In this document: piece by piece, positions 40,071 through 49,493 of the stretch
Layout of the letters: each line of letters opens with the position of its first letter
How positions within the stretch are numbered: position 1 is the stretch's first letter
Assembly: GCA_037443185.1 (NCBI GenBank)
Contig: JBBIOV010000001.1
Coordinates: 10,866 to 74,865, forward strand
Length of the DNA: 64,000 bases
Direction of reading: 5' to 3'
DNA from: a bacterium
GTDB taxonomy: Bacteria > Patescibacteriota > Minisyncoccia > 2-01-FULL-47-10 > JBBIMT01
Notes under the pieces: model-generated
Seen by the model: only the letters and a program-made list of their open reading frames with translations
The model's database searches: none
What the model was told of the DNA's origin: nothing
Made by a program: the position numbers and the translations under genes

Positions 40071-41858
40071 TTATATTTGTGGATAAATCTTTTTAATTAA
40101 TTCAATAAAAGTTGCGCTTGACCAAAGTTGACAAAATGATCCAGCTGGCGCGAATGCTCCTGCTGAACTTAATTCTGAAGAATAACCTGGTATCAATTTT
40201 TTCAATATATCTTCACTAGAGGATTGAATAATTGATTTGATTTTATTGGAATATTTTTGAAAATTAACATCAAGAAGGCACCAAGCGGCGATGTTATTTA
40301 GATAAAACCAAGAGTCGCCTTGATGATAACTGCGAGGATTTTCTCCCGTATAAAAAGATGTAAAATGAGGACTATTTTTATCAATTGTACTTATACCTCC
40401 CCACTCAAGATAAATTTTCTCTAAAGTAATATCAAAAATTTTCTCCCATTCACTTTTACGAAATACCCGAGAATAATAATAATAAGCTAAAAAAACATTG
40501 GGTCTAATTGTCAAATCATCGACTCCATCTTTCAAAATTCCATTTTCGTAATATTTATTTCGAATAACACGAATTAATTTATTTAGTGAATTTAAAATAG
40601 TGGTATTTTTAGTTAATTTGAATAAATTTGATAAAAATGCGGCATATAAAAATTGTATCTCAAGTGCAAAATCAGATCTTTTTATAGAATCCATCCAAGT
40701 TTTTTTGCCATCACAAAAAAGTAGCCCATTTATTTCAGATTCTTTAAGAAGTTTACTAATGTGTATGAAAACACTTAAGAAAAGTTTTGACTCCCTTACA
40801 TTAAAAAACGAAGGATTTTCAACATATATATCGAATATTTTTTTAAGATAAAGCAATAATCCATCTAAACTTTGAGTTCCTTCAAAGTTTAGGCTATTCA
40901 TCCTTAAAAAACTTTGCAACCTTATTAACGAAAGTTCTTTAGCTAATTTTTTGTCCAAAAAAGTAAGTGCCTTTAAAGCCATTGCTTCATCACGAAGCCA
41001 AAATTGATAAAACCAAGGGAGTCCAGCGTATAAACCAATGAGAGTTTTTCTGTCTTTAGATAAAACACTGAGATTTTTCAATGCGCTTTTGCATAAAGTA
41101 AGCGCCCAGGATATATTTTCAGGAATATTCTTATGAAAAATGACTTGGCGTTGATTAATTTTTCGAGTTCTTTCAAAAATTACTTTTTTATTTTTATAAA
41201 TTTTATTGAAATTTTTCTGAGCCTCCTCGAAATTTCGACCAGCTGATAAAACCAACTCTTTAGCGCCTAAAATAGAAATTCCTGAAAATACCCATTTTTC
41301 AAAGGGATTAGATACTCTGAATTTATCATAATTATATTCAATCCGAGTCCAATTTTCTTTTTTTTCTATTTTTCCAGCATTGATTTTGCCGATAACATTG
41401 ATTTCAAAAATTTTTTCTTTTTGGCTATTAGTTTGTTGAAAAACAAGATGAAAAGTTTTTTTATCTAATAAATTAATTTTATACAACCTCCCCTCTGTAG
41501 GATTTTCATATCCTTTTTTTATATCGAAATTAATCTCAAAATTTAGTGGCTTGCTTAATTTATAAAACATACCAATAAAACCATAAGGAAGAATAACCTC
41601 TTCAAAAAAACCTTCATAGGACTTTCGAATTTTCCAGATACGATTTTCAAAGCCAATAAGACTGCCTTGAGACAAGACTTTGAAAGAATCAATAATTTTA
41701 AACATTGTCCCGTCAATATTAATATGCCAACCTTGATATCTTGTCTGATTATTATAAGTTAATAAAAAATACCCACCGATGTTATCGCAATTCAAAAGAC
41801 CAATAAAATCTGAGTCAAAAGTGACAGAACGATTTAAAAAATGATGAGTTATCTTCAT
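40071..41858 (-). CDS. Amylo-alpha-1,6-glucosidase (glycogen debranching enzyme C-domain-like, (alpha/alpha)6 barrel)
   Basis: GLPWFYQFWLRDEAMALKAL resembles the GDE_C signature (PWF..WGRD). Local context supports the call. Confidence 0.5.
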   Translation of the reverse strand: MKITHHFLNRSVTFDSDFIGLLNCDNIGGYFLLTYNNQTRYQGWHINIDGTMFKIIDSFKVLSQGSLIGFENRIWKIRKSYEGFFEEVILPYGFIGMFYKLSKPLNFEINFDIKKGYENPTEGRLYKINLLDKKTFHLVFQQTNSQKEKIFEINVIGKINAGKIEKKENWTRIEYNYDKFRVSNPFEKWVFSGISILGAKELVLSAGRNFEEAQKNFNKIYKNKKVIFERTRKINQRQVIFHKNIPENISWALTLCKSALKNLSVLSKDRKTLIGLYAGLPWFYQFWLRDEAMALKALTFLDKKLAKELSLIRLQSFLRMNSLNFEGTQSLDGLLLYLKKIFDIYVENPSFFNVRESKLFLSVFIHISKLLKESEINGLLFCDGKKTWMDSIKRSDFALEIQFLYAAFLSNLFKLTKNTTILNSLNKLIRVIRNKYYENGILKDGVDDLTIRPNVFLAYYYYSRVFRKSEWEKIFDITLEKIYLEWGGISTIDKNSPHFTSFYTGENPRSYHQGDSWFYLNNIAAWCLLDVNFQKYSNKIKSIIQSSSEDILKKLIPGYSSELSSAGAFAPAGSFCQLWSSATFIELIKKIYPQI

Positions 41859-41891
41859 AATTTAACTAAAATAAAAGTGTAAAATGGTAAA

Positions 41892-42800
41892 TTATAAAGA
41901 TAAATTTTCTATTTGTGTCTTATAAAAATTAGCCGATACCTCAGGAGTAACAGAAATAATGTAATTTTGATTTGCTATTTCTACTGACGCCCAAGTATTA
42001 AGTCGTGGCAAAATTTTCAAATTGAAATGAAGGGGATGCTCTATTGAACCAAATTCAAAATAAAAATTATAAGGCCATGACTGTTGATGAATAATTTTTA
42101 GAATTTTTAAAAAAATATCCGCAAAATCTAAAAAAACTTCTTCGTTAAAATCTTTCCAAGATACAATATGTTCTATCGGAAAAATCCACACCTCGTTATT
42201 AAATTTAGGTGCTATAGGACAGAAAGCCACAACATGTTGATTTTTTGAAATAAGCCTTTCGCTTTTTTGTTCGTTATTTATAATTTCACAATATTGACAA
42301 TAATTATTTTTATTATTTATGTTTGATAAATAAATAATGTAAGGAGGTATTTTTTTATAAATAGCGCCTTGGGAATGAGAATGAAATCTGGAGGCGCCAG
42401 CTTGGCTGCCGTGGTTTTTAAAAATAAAAGGATATTGATAATTTTGGTGCAAAAAATCAACAGCGATATTTTTATAAACTTTTAGTACTTCAATGAAATC
42501 ATTTTTGTTAAAATCACCTAGTTGTTTTTCATGTTGATTAGTTTCGATAATGATAATATTTTTACCAAAAGGCTCTTTGAATGCCGGAAATTTATTTAAA
42601 ACCCATCTGATTTTCCATTTGCCATTGTCTGAAATTTGACCTAACTCTTGTGGAGTTTGATTTTCATTACCAGGACAAAAGGGGCAAATTAAACCTTTAT
42701 TTTCTTTTGTTTCGTCTATCAAAAAGTCATTAGGCCTTTTACTTCTGCTGGTGCTAATTATTGTCTGATAAAGATTAAAATAATCATTTCTTATCTCCAT
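41892..42800 (-). CDS. galT: Galactose-1-phosphate uridylyltransferase-family (HIT-like) nucleotidyl-hexose transferase
   Basis: Zn motif CPFCPGNENQTPQE and catalytic HxHxQ (SRFHSHSQG). Confidence 0.65.
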   Translation of the reverse strand: MEIRNDYFNLYQTIISTSRSKRPNDFLIDETKENKGLICPFCPGNENQTPQELGQISDNGKWKIRWVLNKFPAFKEPFGKNIIIIETNQHEKQLGDFNKNDFIEVLKVYKNIAVDFLHQNYQYPFIFKNHGSQAGASRFHSHSQGAIYKKIPPYIIYLSNINNKNNYCQYCEIINNEQKSERLISKNQHVVAFCPIAPKFNNEVWIFPIEHIVSWKDFNEEVFLDFADIFLKILKIIHQQSWPYNFYFEFGSIEHPLHFNLKILPRLNTWASVEIANQNYIISVTPEVSANFYKTQIENLSL

Positions 42801-44578
42801 AAAATTCCAATGGCTTTATTATGAGCCTCAAGATAATATCTTATTAAATTTTCCCATCCGGCATATTCAGATAATTGCCGTGCTTCGATTTTATCTAATA
42901 CCCTTTCTTGTTGACTATGACAGGAGTAATCAAATAAGATATCAGCCAGTTGGGTCACTATTTCATTATACTCTTTTTTATATCTTTTGACAATAAAAAT
43001 GCCTGGATGACTTTTATTTTTTATTTTATCCTCGATAAATCTTCCAAACCCAGCTAAATCAGTAGTAACCGCTGGTACTCCTTGGGCAATTGTTTCAAGC
43101 GGGGTATATCCCCAAGGTTCATAATAAGAAGGAAAAACTCCTAAATGCGACCCCTGCACAACTTCTTCGTAGGTCATATTTAATAAACCATCAGAGCTTC
43201 CTAAATAAATTGGATAAATTATAATTTTGACTTTATCGTTTTTATGATTCAAAAGTTTAACTTTTTGAGCTTGTGCTATAATAGGATCATTACTGTTTAA
43301 AAGATCGTGAGTGGTAATTGATACAAAATCAGCAGGGTTTCTGAATTTTAATAACTTGTATTTTAATGATTCAATTTTTTTTGACTCAAACAAAATATTT
43401 TCAGATAAAGGCAAACCCGATATTAAATTATACAAAAGCATACTTTCAATAGATTGTTCTTCTTCTAACACCGATTGTTTAAAATTCAAATAATTTTCCC
43501 GAGATTCTACCAACTCGATTTTGATTCCTCTTACCGGTGCCGGAATAAAAACAAAAGCAACTATTGTTTTTTTTGAATTAACTTTTTTTAATCTTTGATT
43601 TAAATTAGCCAACGCGTCTAAAAGAACATTAATTCCTTTATTGTGTATTTCGTATCTGCCAGAAATGAAATAAAATAAAGTTTCTTTAATATCAAAAGTA
43701 TAATAAGGAAAAAAATAATATAACAAAAACTCGCGAAGTCTTTCTCTTTTTAGATGATGTTTATAAGAAATATCTTCAAAAGATAAAACACGCTGGATAT
43801 CAAGCCCATTTGGCAACAAAATATCAGCTTTACGCCCCAAGAAATGCTCAACTTCAATAGCGGTTATTGAGCTGACGGTTGTTAAAATATGAGATAGTGA
43901 TGCTGATAACTTTTCAAGTTGATGTTTGGGTAATACACCGTAATTTTTAGCTTCTTGCTCAGGATTATATTTTTCTATCTCTTCATACAAAGGTTTATTA
44001 TCTCCTGCGAGTGCGCGACCAAGCACTGTAGCATGAGTGGTAAAAACAGTGGCGATTGGAATTTTCTTTAAATATAAATAAAGCAAAGCACCACCACTTA
44101 ACCATTCATGAAAATGAGCTACTGCCTTAAATTTATTATTTAGGGCTTCCTTAAAATATTCTTCCAAAAATCTACCAACAGCTATTGACCACAAAAAAGG
44201 CTCGTCAAAATCCCGCGGAGAACCTAACGTATCCAGTCTAAATTCTTGCCAAAACCAACCTTTGTAATCATTAATCTTGTTCCATAAACCATTATAATCA
44301 ATCAAAATAACATTTATTTCTTTATGAATTAACCATTGACCAAAATGACAAACAATGCCTTCAGTTTCTAATTTTTTAAAAACACTTTTGAATTCCTCAG
44401 GTGGCGCCATTTCTTTAAATTCACCCTTAATATTGTTATGGAAATAAGGGCCAATACCAAAATACGAATTGTGATAATATTTTTGCATCTCAGCAACTTT
44501 AGTAGTTAAAACAGCGTAGATGCCACCTACTTTATTACAAACTTCCCATGATATTTCAAATAAAATATCTGGCTTCAT
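42791..44578 (-). CDS. Eukaryote-like GT3 glycogen synthase. The start is reassigned to MKPDILFE; the ORF-track extension overlaps the tRNA.
   Basis: ILFEISWEVCNKVGGIYAVLTTKV, AHFHEWLSGG, TVFTTHATVLGR and ITAIEVEHFLGRK are near-identical to animal/fungal GT3 glycogen synthase signature blocks. Confidence 0.8.
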   Translation of the reverse strand: MKPDILFEISWEVCNKVGGIYAVLTTKVAEMQKYYHNSYFGIGPYFHNNIKGEFKEMAPPEEFKSVFKKLETEGIVCHFGQWLIHKEINVILIDYNGLWNKINDYKGWFWQEFRLDTLGSPRDFDEPFLWSIAVGRFLEEYFKEALNNKFKAVAHFHEWLSGGALLYLYLKKIPIATVFTTHATVLGRALAGDNKPLYEEIEKYNPEQEAKNYGVLPKHQLEKLSASLSHILTTVSSITAIEVEHFLGRKADILLPNGLDIQRVLSFEDISYKHHLKRERLREFLLYYFFPYYTFDIKETLFYFISGRYEIHNKGINVLLDALANLNQRLKKVNSKKTIVAFVFIPAPVRGIKIELVESRENYLNFKQSVLEEEQSIESMLLYNLISGLPLSENILFESKKIESLKYKLLKFRNPADFVSITTHDLLNSNDPIIAQAQKVKLLNHKNDKVKIIIYPIYLGSSDGLLNMTYEEVVQGSHLGVFPSYYEPWGYTPLETIAQGVPAVTTDLAGFGRFIEDKIKNKSHPGIFIVKRYKKEYNEIVTQLADILFDYSCHSQQERVLDKIEARQLSEYAGWENLIRYYLEAHNKAIGILWR

Positions 44579-44581
44579 AAA

Positions 44582-44652
44582 AGCGAGCGAGGGGAATCGA
44601 ACCCCCATCTCAACCTTGGGAAGGTTGCATTTTGCCACTAAACTACACTCGC
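44582..44652 (-). tRNA. tRNA-Gly (anticodon CCC), 71 nt, CCA not encoded
   Basis: Reverse complement folds as acceptor GCGAGTG/CGCTCGC, D-arm GTTT-AGTGGCA-AAAT, anticodon arm CAACC-TTCCCAA-GGTTG, T-arm GGGGG-TTCGATT-CCCCT, discriminator U. It ends 3 nt before the GT3 start codon. Confidence 0.8.
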
Positions 44653-44876
44653 AAAATTGCTATTAATTATTAAGAATAAAAATTGACGGCAAAATATTTG
44701 GTTAATAATATATTTTACTATTAACCACTTATTTAAGCAAATATTCAAACTAAAATTATTAATGATTTAAAATGTACAAATTAAAATAATGTCATTTAAA
44801 GATAAATAATTAAAGCGCGCTTATTTTACCACACACAAAATACCTAGTATTTACCGATTTATTTAGATGATTTTTA

Positions 44877-45437
44877 TTATTTTTTAATTTGTTGATAATA
44901 ATCAGGAAAAATATCTTCAGTATTATTCACTTTATTTGAATATCGGGCTAAAACGAACAAAAAATCAGAAAGGCGATTTATAAATTTTAATATCGTTCTA
45001 TTGGGTAAAACCTCCTTTTCATTTAACCTTACTATAGATCTTTCAGCGCGTCGACAAATAGTCCTGGCAAAGTGTAACGCTGCACTATCGCGAGCGCCCT
45101 GAGGTAAAATAAATTTATTTAAAGGTGTTAAATGTTTTTCCAGCTTATCTATTGCTTTTTCCAATTTTAAAACATCTTCTTCATTGATAGGATTTATATG
45201 GTCTATTTTTTTTACATCCATCAAGGCTATTTCAGAAAGAACTCTGAAAATTTGATTCTGAATCTTTGTTAAAATATCTTTGAACCACTTTCGCCCGCTT
45301 AAAGCAACGCAGTATCCCAAAAACGAATTGAGTTCATCTAAATTGCCCAATGCTTCAACTTTTAAGTCACTTTTAGTAGTTTTTCCCCCAGGCAGTGAAG
45401 TTTTTCCTTCATCACCTTTTTTTGTATAAATAGGCAT
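44877..45437 (-). CDS. ATP:cob(I)alamin adenosyltransferase, PduO-type (MMAB family)
   Basis: MPIYTKKGDEGKTSLPGG N-terminus and a four-helix-bundle-sized 186-aa protein. Confidence 0.7.
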   Translation of the reverse strand: MPIYTKKGDEGKTSLPGGKTTKSDLKVEALGNLDELNSFLGYCVALSGRKWFKDILTKIQNQIFRVLSEIALMDVKKIDHINPINEEDVLKLEKAIDKLEKHLTPLNKFILPQGARDSAALHFARTICRRAERSIVRLNEKEVLPNRTILKFINRLSDFLFVLARYSNKVNNTEDIFPDYYQQIKK

Positions 45438-45509
45438 AAAAAAAATAATAACTTTAAAATTGAATTATTAAAAATATCCAGATTAAATTAAAAAATATAT
45501 TTATGGTTT

Positions 45510-46028
45510 TTAAGTGTATTTGTCAGCAATGACGGAAGCGCCATAAGCTTCAGGTTTAGTTCTTACATCAAAACCAGATCCGCGTATCATTCCAACAATT
45601 TCATTTATCATTTCACGAGTTGGTCCACCATTGCCAATATCAACATGAATTTCAATATTGTATTTAAAAACAAAATGATTATTGCCTAAATGATTTTTCA
45701 GCGCTTCTATCAGTTTGGAAGCTATATCCATAGAATCAATTGCTTCTTTATAAATTCTAGAGCGCAAATTTATCTGTTTGTGATGATGAGTTCTCCTCCA
45801 AAAATATCTCCCACCACTGCCTACTTTGTGAATTGCTATAATTGAAACAAAATCGGCATAATTATACTTTGTTTGAGAGTCGCTGCCAACAACTATTTTA
45901 TACTTATTTTTAGGGCTTTCATCCATAAACTTCACTATTGACTCTATAACCTCCTCAAAAGATAAAACTCCAAAAGTAGGACTGACAAACTTTCCTAATA
46001 AATTGTTAATATTTTTAGATTGATTCAT
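45510..46028 (-). CDS. RNase H-like YkuK/DUF458-family protein (tentative)
   Basis: KIVVGSDSQ...FVSIIAIHKVGSGGRYFWRR resembles the DUF458 core. The assignment is from memory of the family pattern only. Confidence 0.35.
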   Translation of the reverse strand: MNQSKNINNLLGKFVSPTFGVLSFEEVIESIVKFMDESPKNKYKIVVGSDSQTKYNYADFVSIIAIHKVGSGGRYFWRRTHHHKQINLRSRIYKEAIDSMDIASKLIEALKNHLGNNHFVFKYNIEIHVDIGNGGPTREMINEIVGMIRGSGFDVRTKPEAYGASVIADKYT

Positions 46029-46054
46029 TTTTAAATTTTTTAAGAAAATATTAA

Positions 46055-46393
46055 TTATATCAAAAAAACGATGATTGCAATTAATATAGCCATAATTGAT
46101 AATATCAAAACAGCACCGGCTAAAATATCTTTGACATACTTAATTGAAGGATGGTGTTCTTTAATTAAAATATCCAGTATTTTTTCACAGGCAGTATTAA
46201 CCAATTCAAAAGACAAAACAAATGCTACAGTAATCAATAAAACCGCCCATTTCCACGCACTAATATTTGCTAAAACACCAAGTAACAATACAGCCAATGC
46301 AATAATCAATTGAATTTTAAAATTAGGTTCTTTTTTAAAAGCCTCAACCACTCCCTCAATCGCCCAGTAAAAACTTTTTTTTAATCTCATCAT
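46055..46393 (-). CDS. dgkA: Diacylglycerol / undecaprenol kinase (DgkA family)
   Basis: Three TM helices plus the FELVNTACEKILD motif (the E.lNtAiE signature); 112 aa. Confidence 0.6.
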   Translation of the reverse strand: MMRLKKSFYWAIEGVVEAFKKEPNFKIQLIIALAVLLLGVLANISAWKWAVLLITVAFVLSFELVNTACEKILDILIKEHHPSIKYVKDILAGAVLILSIMAILIAIIVFLI

Positions 46394-46453
46394 ATTTAAA
46401 TTTGTTTTTCGTTTTACCGAAAAAATTGTTTTTTAAAAAATTTTTAAAAAAAT

Positions 46454-46966
46454 TTATTTGAAGTTACTAAAAAGTGATAATTTGTGTAAAAAAATGTATG
46501 ATGCTACTGCAAAAGATACAGATACATTTAACGATTCTTTTTTGCCAAACATAGGAATAAAAATGATATCATCACAGTTTTTTAAAATATTTCGCGGAAG
46601 ACCTTCAATCTCATTACCAACTACCAAAGCAGTTTTTAGCTCAAAATGAAAATTAAAGATATTTTTTGCCTTTTTATTAATCTCAAGGGCTAAAACCTTA
46701 TACCCTTCTTGCTTTAAATGTTTTATCACTTTTGAAGTGCTGTAAACTTTCTGGAACTGAACTGTTTTTTCAGAACCCAGTGAAACTTTTTCTATTTTAG
46801 GGTGCGGTGGCGCTGGCGAGATGCCACATAAATAAATTTTTTTTAATCCGACGCAATCACCAATTCTAAAGAGAGCACCAATATTATAGCGGCTTCGAAT
46901 ATTACTTGCGACCAGCACAAGTTCATATTTTAGGTTTATATTCTTTAGGAATTTCGTATCTTTCAT
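46454..46966 (-). CDS. SpoU/TrmH-family RNA 2'-O-methyltransferase
   Basis: SPOUT motifs LVVGNEIEGL and IPMFGKKESLNVSVSFAVASY. Confidence 0.6.
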   Translation of the reverse strand: MKDTKFLKNINLKYELVLVASNIRSRYNIGALFRIGDCVGLKKIYLCGISPAPPHPKIEKVSLGSEKTVQFQKVYSTSKVIKHLKQEGYKVLALEINKKAKNIFNFHFELKTALVVGNEIEGLPRNILKNCDDIIFIPMFGKKESLNVSVSFAVASYIFLHKLSLFSNFK

Positions 46967-47741
46967 TTAAAATCTGCGATTGATTAATGCTATCGATTCT
47001 TAAAAGCCGCATCTTTTGGGCTTTAGTATCAAAAGCCTCAATAAAACTGCCTTTCATTTGATAAATTTCAATGGTAAATTCTTGAACCCTTTGGTTTTCA
47101 TTGCCTACATAACAAATTTTTAATCTTTTTTGAGATTGAAATGCTTCTTTAATATTTTTGTTTTTTTCTGAAATTTCATTTTGTAAAGCATAACTAACCG
47201 GGATTTTAATAATTTCTGTATTATTTTTTAAAAAAGCTTTTATATATCCGTTTTTAAGCCCGAATTCATAAATCTCCTTTGTTAGTTGGACATCCTGAAG
47301 ACAATATTGTTTTATCTTATCGATCATTCCATTTTTGAACCATTTTATTGCTTGAATACCGCTTGTAGTTTTATTTTTATTTAAAGTGCCAAAAGCAACC
47401 GCATCAAGTGATAAACGAAAACCCAAATGATTGATTATTTCATCCATAAGATCGAGGCATTTAATTTGTTGTAAATTAAAGTCAGCATAAGGTTTTAAGA
47501 CCTCTAAATCAAAATTTCTAATATTAAAACCAATCACTAAAGGATTTTGCTTTAAAAGCTTCAAAAATTTGGCAATTTCTTTTTCTTCATAAATATAATA
47601 TTTATTTTCACGAAAAGAAAAAAAACTCAAAACAGATATTTTGAGCAGATGCAAATTGTTTCGCCCACCAACTTCCTTAAAATCTCTTTGTGTTTCTAAA
47701 TCAAAAACAATCCTATCTTGATCATCAATTAAACTGCTCAT
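46923..47741 (-). CDS. DEDDy-type 3'-5' exonuclease (RNase D / DnaQ-like fold)
   Basis: Exo I FDLET, Exo II IGFNIRNFDLEVL, Exo III YCLQDVQLTKEIY. Confidence 0.5.
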   Translation of the reverse strand: MSSLIDDQDRIVFDLETQRDFKEVGGRNNLHLLKISVLSFFSFRENKYYIYEEKEIAKFLKLLKQNPLVIGFNIRNFDLEVLKPYADFNLQQIKCLDLMDEIINHLGFRLSLDAVAFGTLNKNKTTSGIQAIKWFKNGMIDKIKQYCLQDVQLTKEIYEFGLKNGYIKAFLKNNTEIIKIPVSYALQNEISEKNKNIKEAFQSQKRLKICYVGNENQRVQEFTIEIYQMKGSFIEAFDTKAQKMRLLRIDSINQSQILNERYEIPKEYKPKI

Positions 47742-47767
47742 AACCGAAAAGTTGTTAAAAAATAGGT

Positions 47768-48157
47768 TTATTTTCTTTTAAGCCATGGTTTATCAGGATA
47801 CTTTCGGATAAGATATTCAAATCTATCTATTACCTGCCCTGTTTTTTCATCAAAAAGAGGAGTTCCTCCGGCATATATTGTATCTTTTGAATCACCGAAT
47901 TCATTTAAATTATTTTCTTTTAACCATTGTTCAATTAAAGGTTTTTCTTCTTCTAAATTGTTTTTTAATGCATTGGGCACTTTCTCAAAATCATTTTTAT
48001 TGAAATCTTTAAGATTTTGGTTTTGAAAGTTAAGATACTGGTTAAAAAAACCACCCGCGTAATTGTTAAAAGCCACGCCATAACCTAGCATAAAACCTAT
48101 CAAAAAACTTGCCAGTAAAGAAAACCAAATATAAATTTTTTTATCATTTAAGTTCAT
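47768..48157 (-). CDS. Hypothetical secreted or membrane-anchored protein
   Basis: N-terminal TM/signal IYIWFSLLASFLIGFMLGYGVAF; no known motifs. Confidence 0.25.
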   Translation of the reverse strand: MNLNDKKIYIWFSLLASFLIGFMLGYGVAFNNYAGGFFNQYLNFQNQNLKDFNKNDFEKVPNALKNNLEEEKPLIEQWLKENNLNEFGDSKDTIYAGGTPLFDEKTGQVIDRFEYLIRKYPDKPWLKRK

Positions 48158-48295
48158 AAAATTATTTTATCAAAAATACACTAAAAAACAAGTTAAAAAT
48201 TATATCAATTTTCTAGCTTTCTTCGAAGATTGAAGTGTGAACAAAAAATTTTTAAAGTGTTTTAAAATATTCCGCATTTTGATATTTAATTAATT

Positions 48296-49435
48296 TTAGC
48301 GAATAATTTTTTTGTACACCTTCTCAATTTTTGAAGTGACAAAAGCCGCTGAATATTTTTTAGCATCAGCTCTTATTCTTAATGAAAATAAAAAAAAAAA
48401 TTTATTATTTGATAGGGCTATATTTAACGCTTCAGCGTATTTTTTTACTCCGCCATCTACTAAATATCCATTTTTTTGATTTATGATCACTCCTTTTAAA
48501 TAATCAGCTTTTTTAGCAACTATAATGCATCCTGACGCCATTGCTTCATTTAAGGCTAAACATTGAGTCTCAAAATCTGACACTTGGGCAAAAATATCAC
48601 ATCCTTGATAAAAAAGAGGTAATTTATCAGAGTGAATTTGTCCTAATAAAATCACCCTATGTTTTAAATCCAATGTTCTAATTAAGCTTTTAATTTTTAA
48701 AATCGCCACACCATCTCCAATAATAACCAAAAAAATATTCTTTTTTTTCAAAAGAGCAAAACTTTCAATTAAAAAATCAATATTTTTTTCGAAAGAAATT
48801 CGCGATACAGCTAAAATAATTTTACTTTTGAAGGGCAGTTTAAGTTTTTTTCTCAATTTCGCTTGAGCGTTTTTAATTTTTTTATCAAAAAATTTATCAC
48901 TAATTGGAAAAGGAATAACAAAAACCTTTTTTTTATCTATTTTTGAAAAAACCGTTTTAAAAATTCGATGAGGTATGATAACTGCATCGGCCACTAAAGC
49001 ATATTCATCGCAAAGTTGACCAACGATTTTGGTTACTAAATGAAATGGAAAAAAATTGAAAAACCGCAACAAATAAGAATGCCATTGAGAATGGTAAGAA
49101 TATACTAAGGGAATATCATATTTTTTTGAAAAATGCATTGCTAATTGACCCAAAAAAATAGGATGGTGTGAATGAATAATATCAAAACGATATTGGCAAA
49201 AATGTTTTTCTATTGAAAAATTAGGTAAAGGAATGGGGTAAAAGATATGATGAGGAACATTCAGTGAAGGGATTCTAATAATATTATCGGAATCATTAAT
49301 TTGCTGAAAATATTTAGGAGCATAAATGATAACATTATGATTTAATTTTTTTAATTGATTTTGCAAAACAGAAATAGAATGAGCTGGACCACTAACACGT
49401 GGTAAATAATTATTTGTAAACATCGCAATTTTCAT
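48296..49435 (-). CDS. Family 4 glycosyltransferase
   Basis: MKIAMFTNNYLPRVSGPAHSI N-terminus and ETQCLALNEAMASGCIIVAKK C-domain. Confidence 0.65.
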   Translation of the reverse strand: MKIAMFTNNYLPRVSGPAHSISVLQNQLKKLNHNVIIYAPKYFQQINDSDNIIRIPSLNVPHHIFYPIPLPNFSIEKHFCQYRFDIIHSHHPIFLGQLAMHFSKKYDIPLVYSYHSQWHSYLLRFFNFFPFHLVTKIVGQLCDEYALVADAVIIPHRIFKTVFSKIDKKKVFVIPFPISDKFFDKKIKNAQAKLRKKLKLPFKSKIILAVSRISFEKNIDFLIESFALLKKKNIFLVIIGDGVAILKIKSLIRTLDLKHRVILLGQIHSDKLPLFYQGCDIFAQVSDFETQCLALNEAMASGCIIVAKKADYLKGVIINQKNGYLVDGGVKKYAEALNIALSNNKFFFLFSLRIRADAKKYSAAFVTSKIEKVYKKIIR

Positions 49436-49493
49436 AATTTTTTAAATTATTTCAAATTTTATTTTAATGATTGATTTGAAATTAAATAAAAAA

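Noticed and set aside
44579-44638. ORF-track N-terminal extension (MAKCNLPKVEMGVRFPSLAF) of the GT3 glycogen synthase
   Set aside because: These codons are the antisense reading of a well-folded tRNA-Gly(CCC). The conserved GT3 N-terminus begins at MKPDILFE.
44653-44720. Plus-strand TTGACG-17-TAATAT promoter-like element between the adenosyltransferase gene and tRNA-Gly
   Set aside because: It points into the antisense strand of minus-strand genes. Such matches are frequent by chance at ~30% GC, and a minus-strand promoter for the tRNA could not be defined convincingly.
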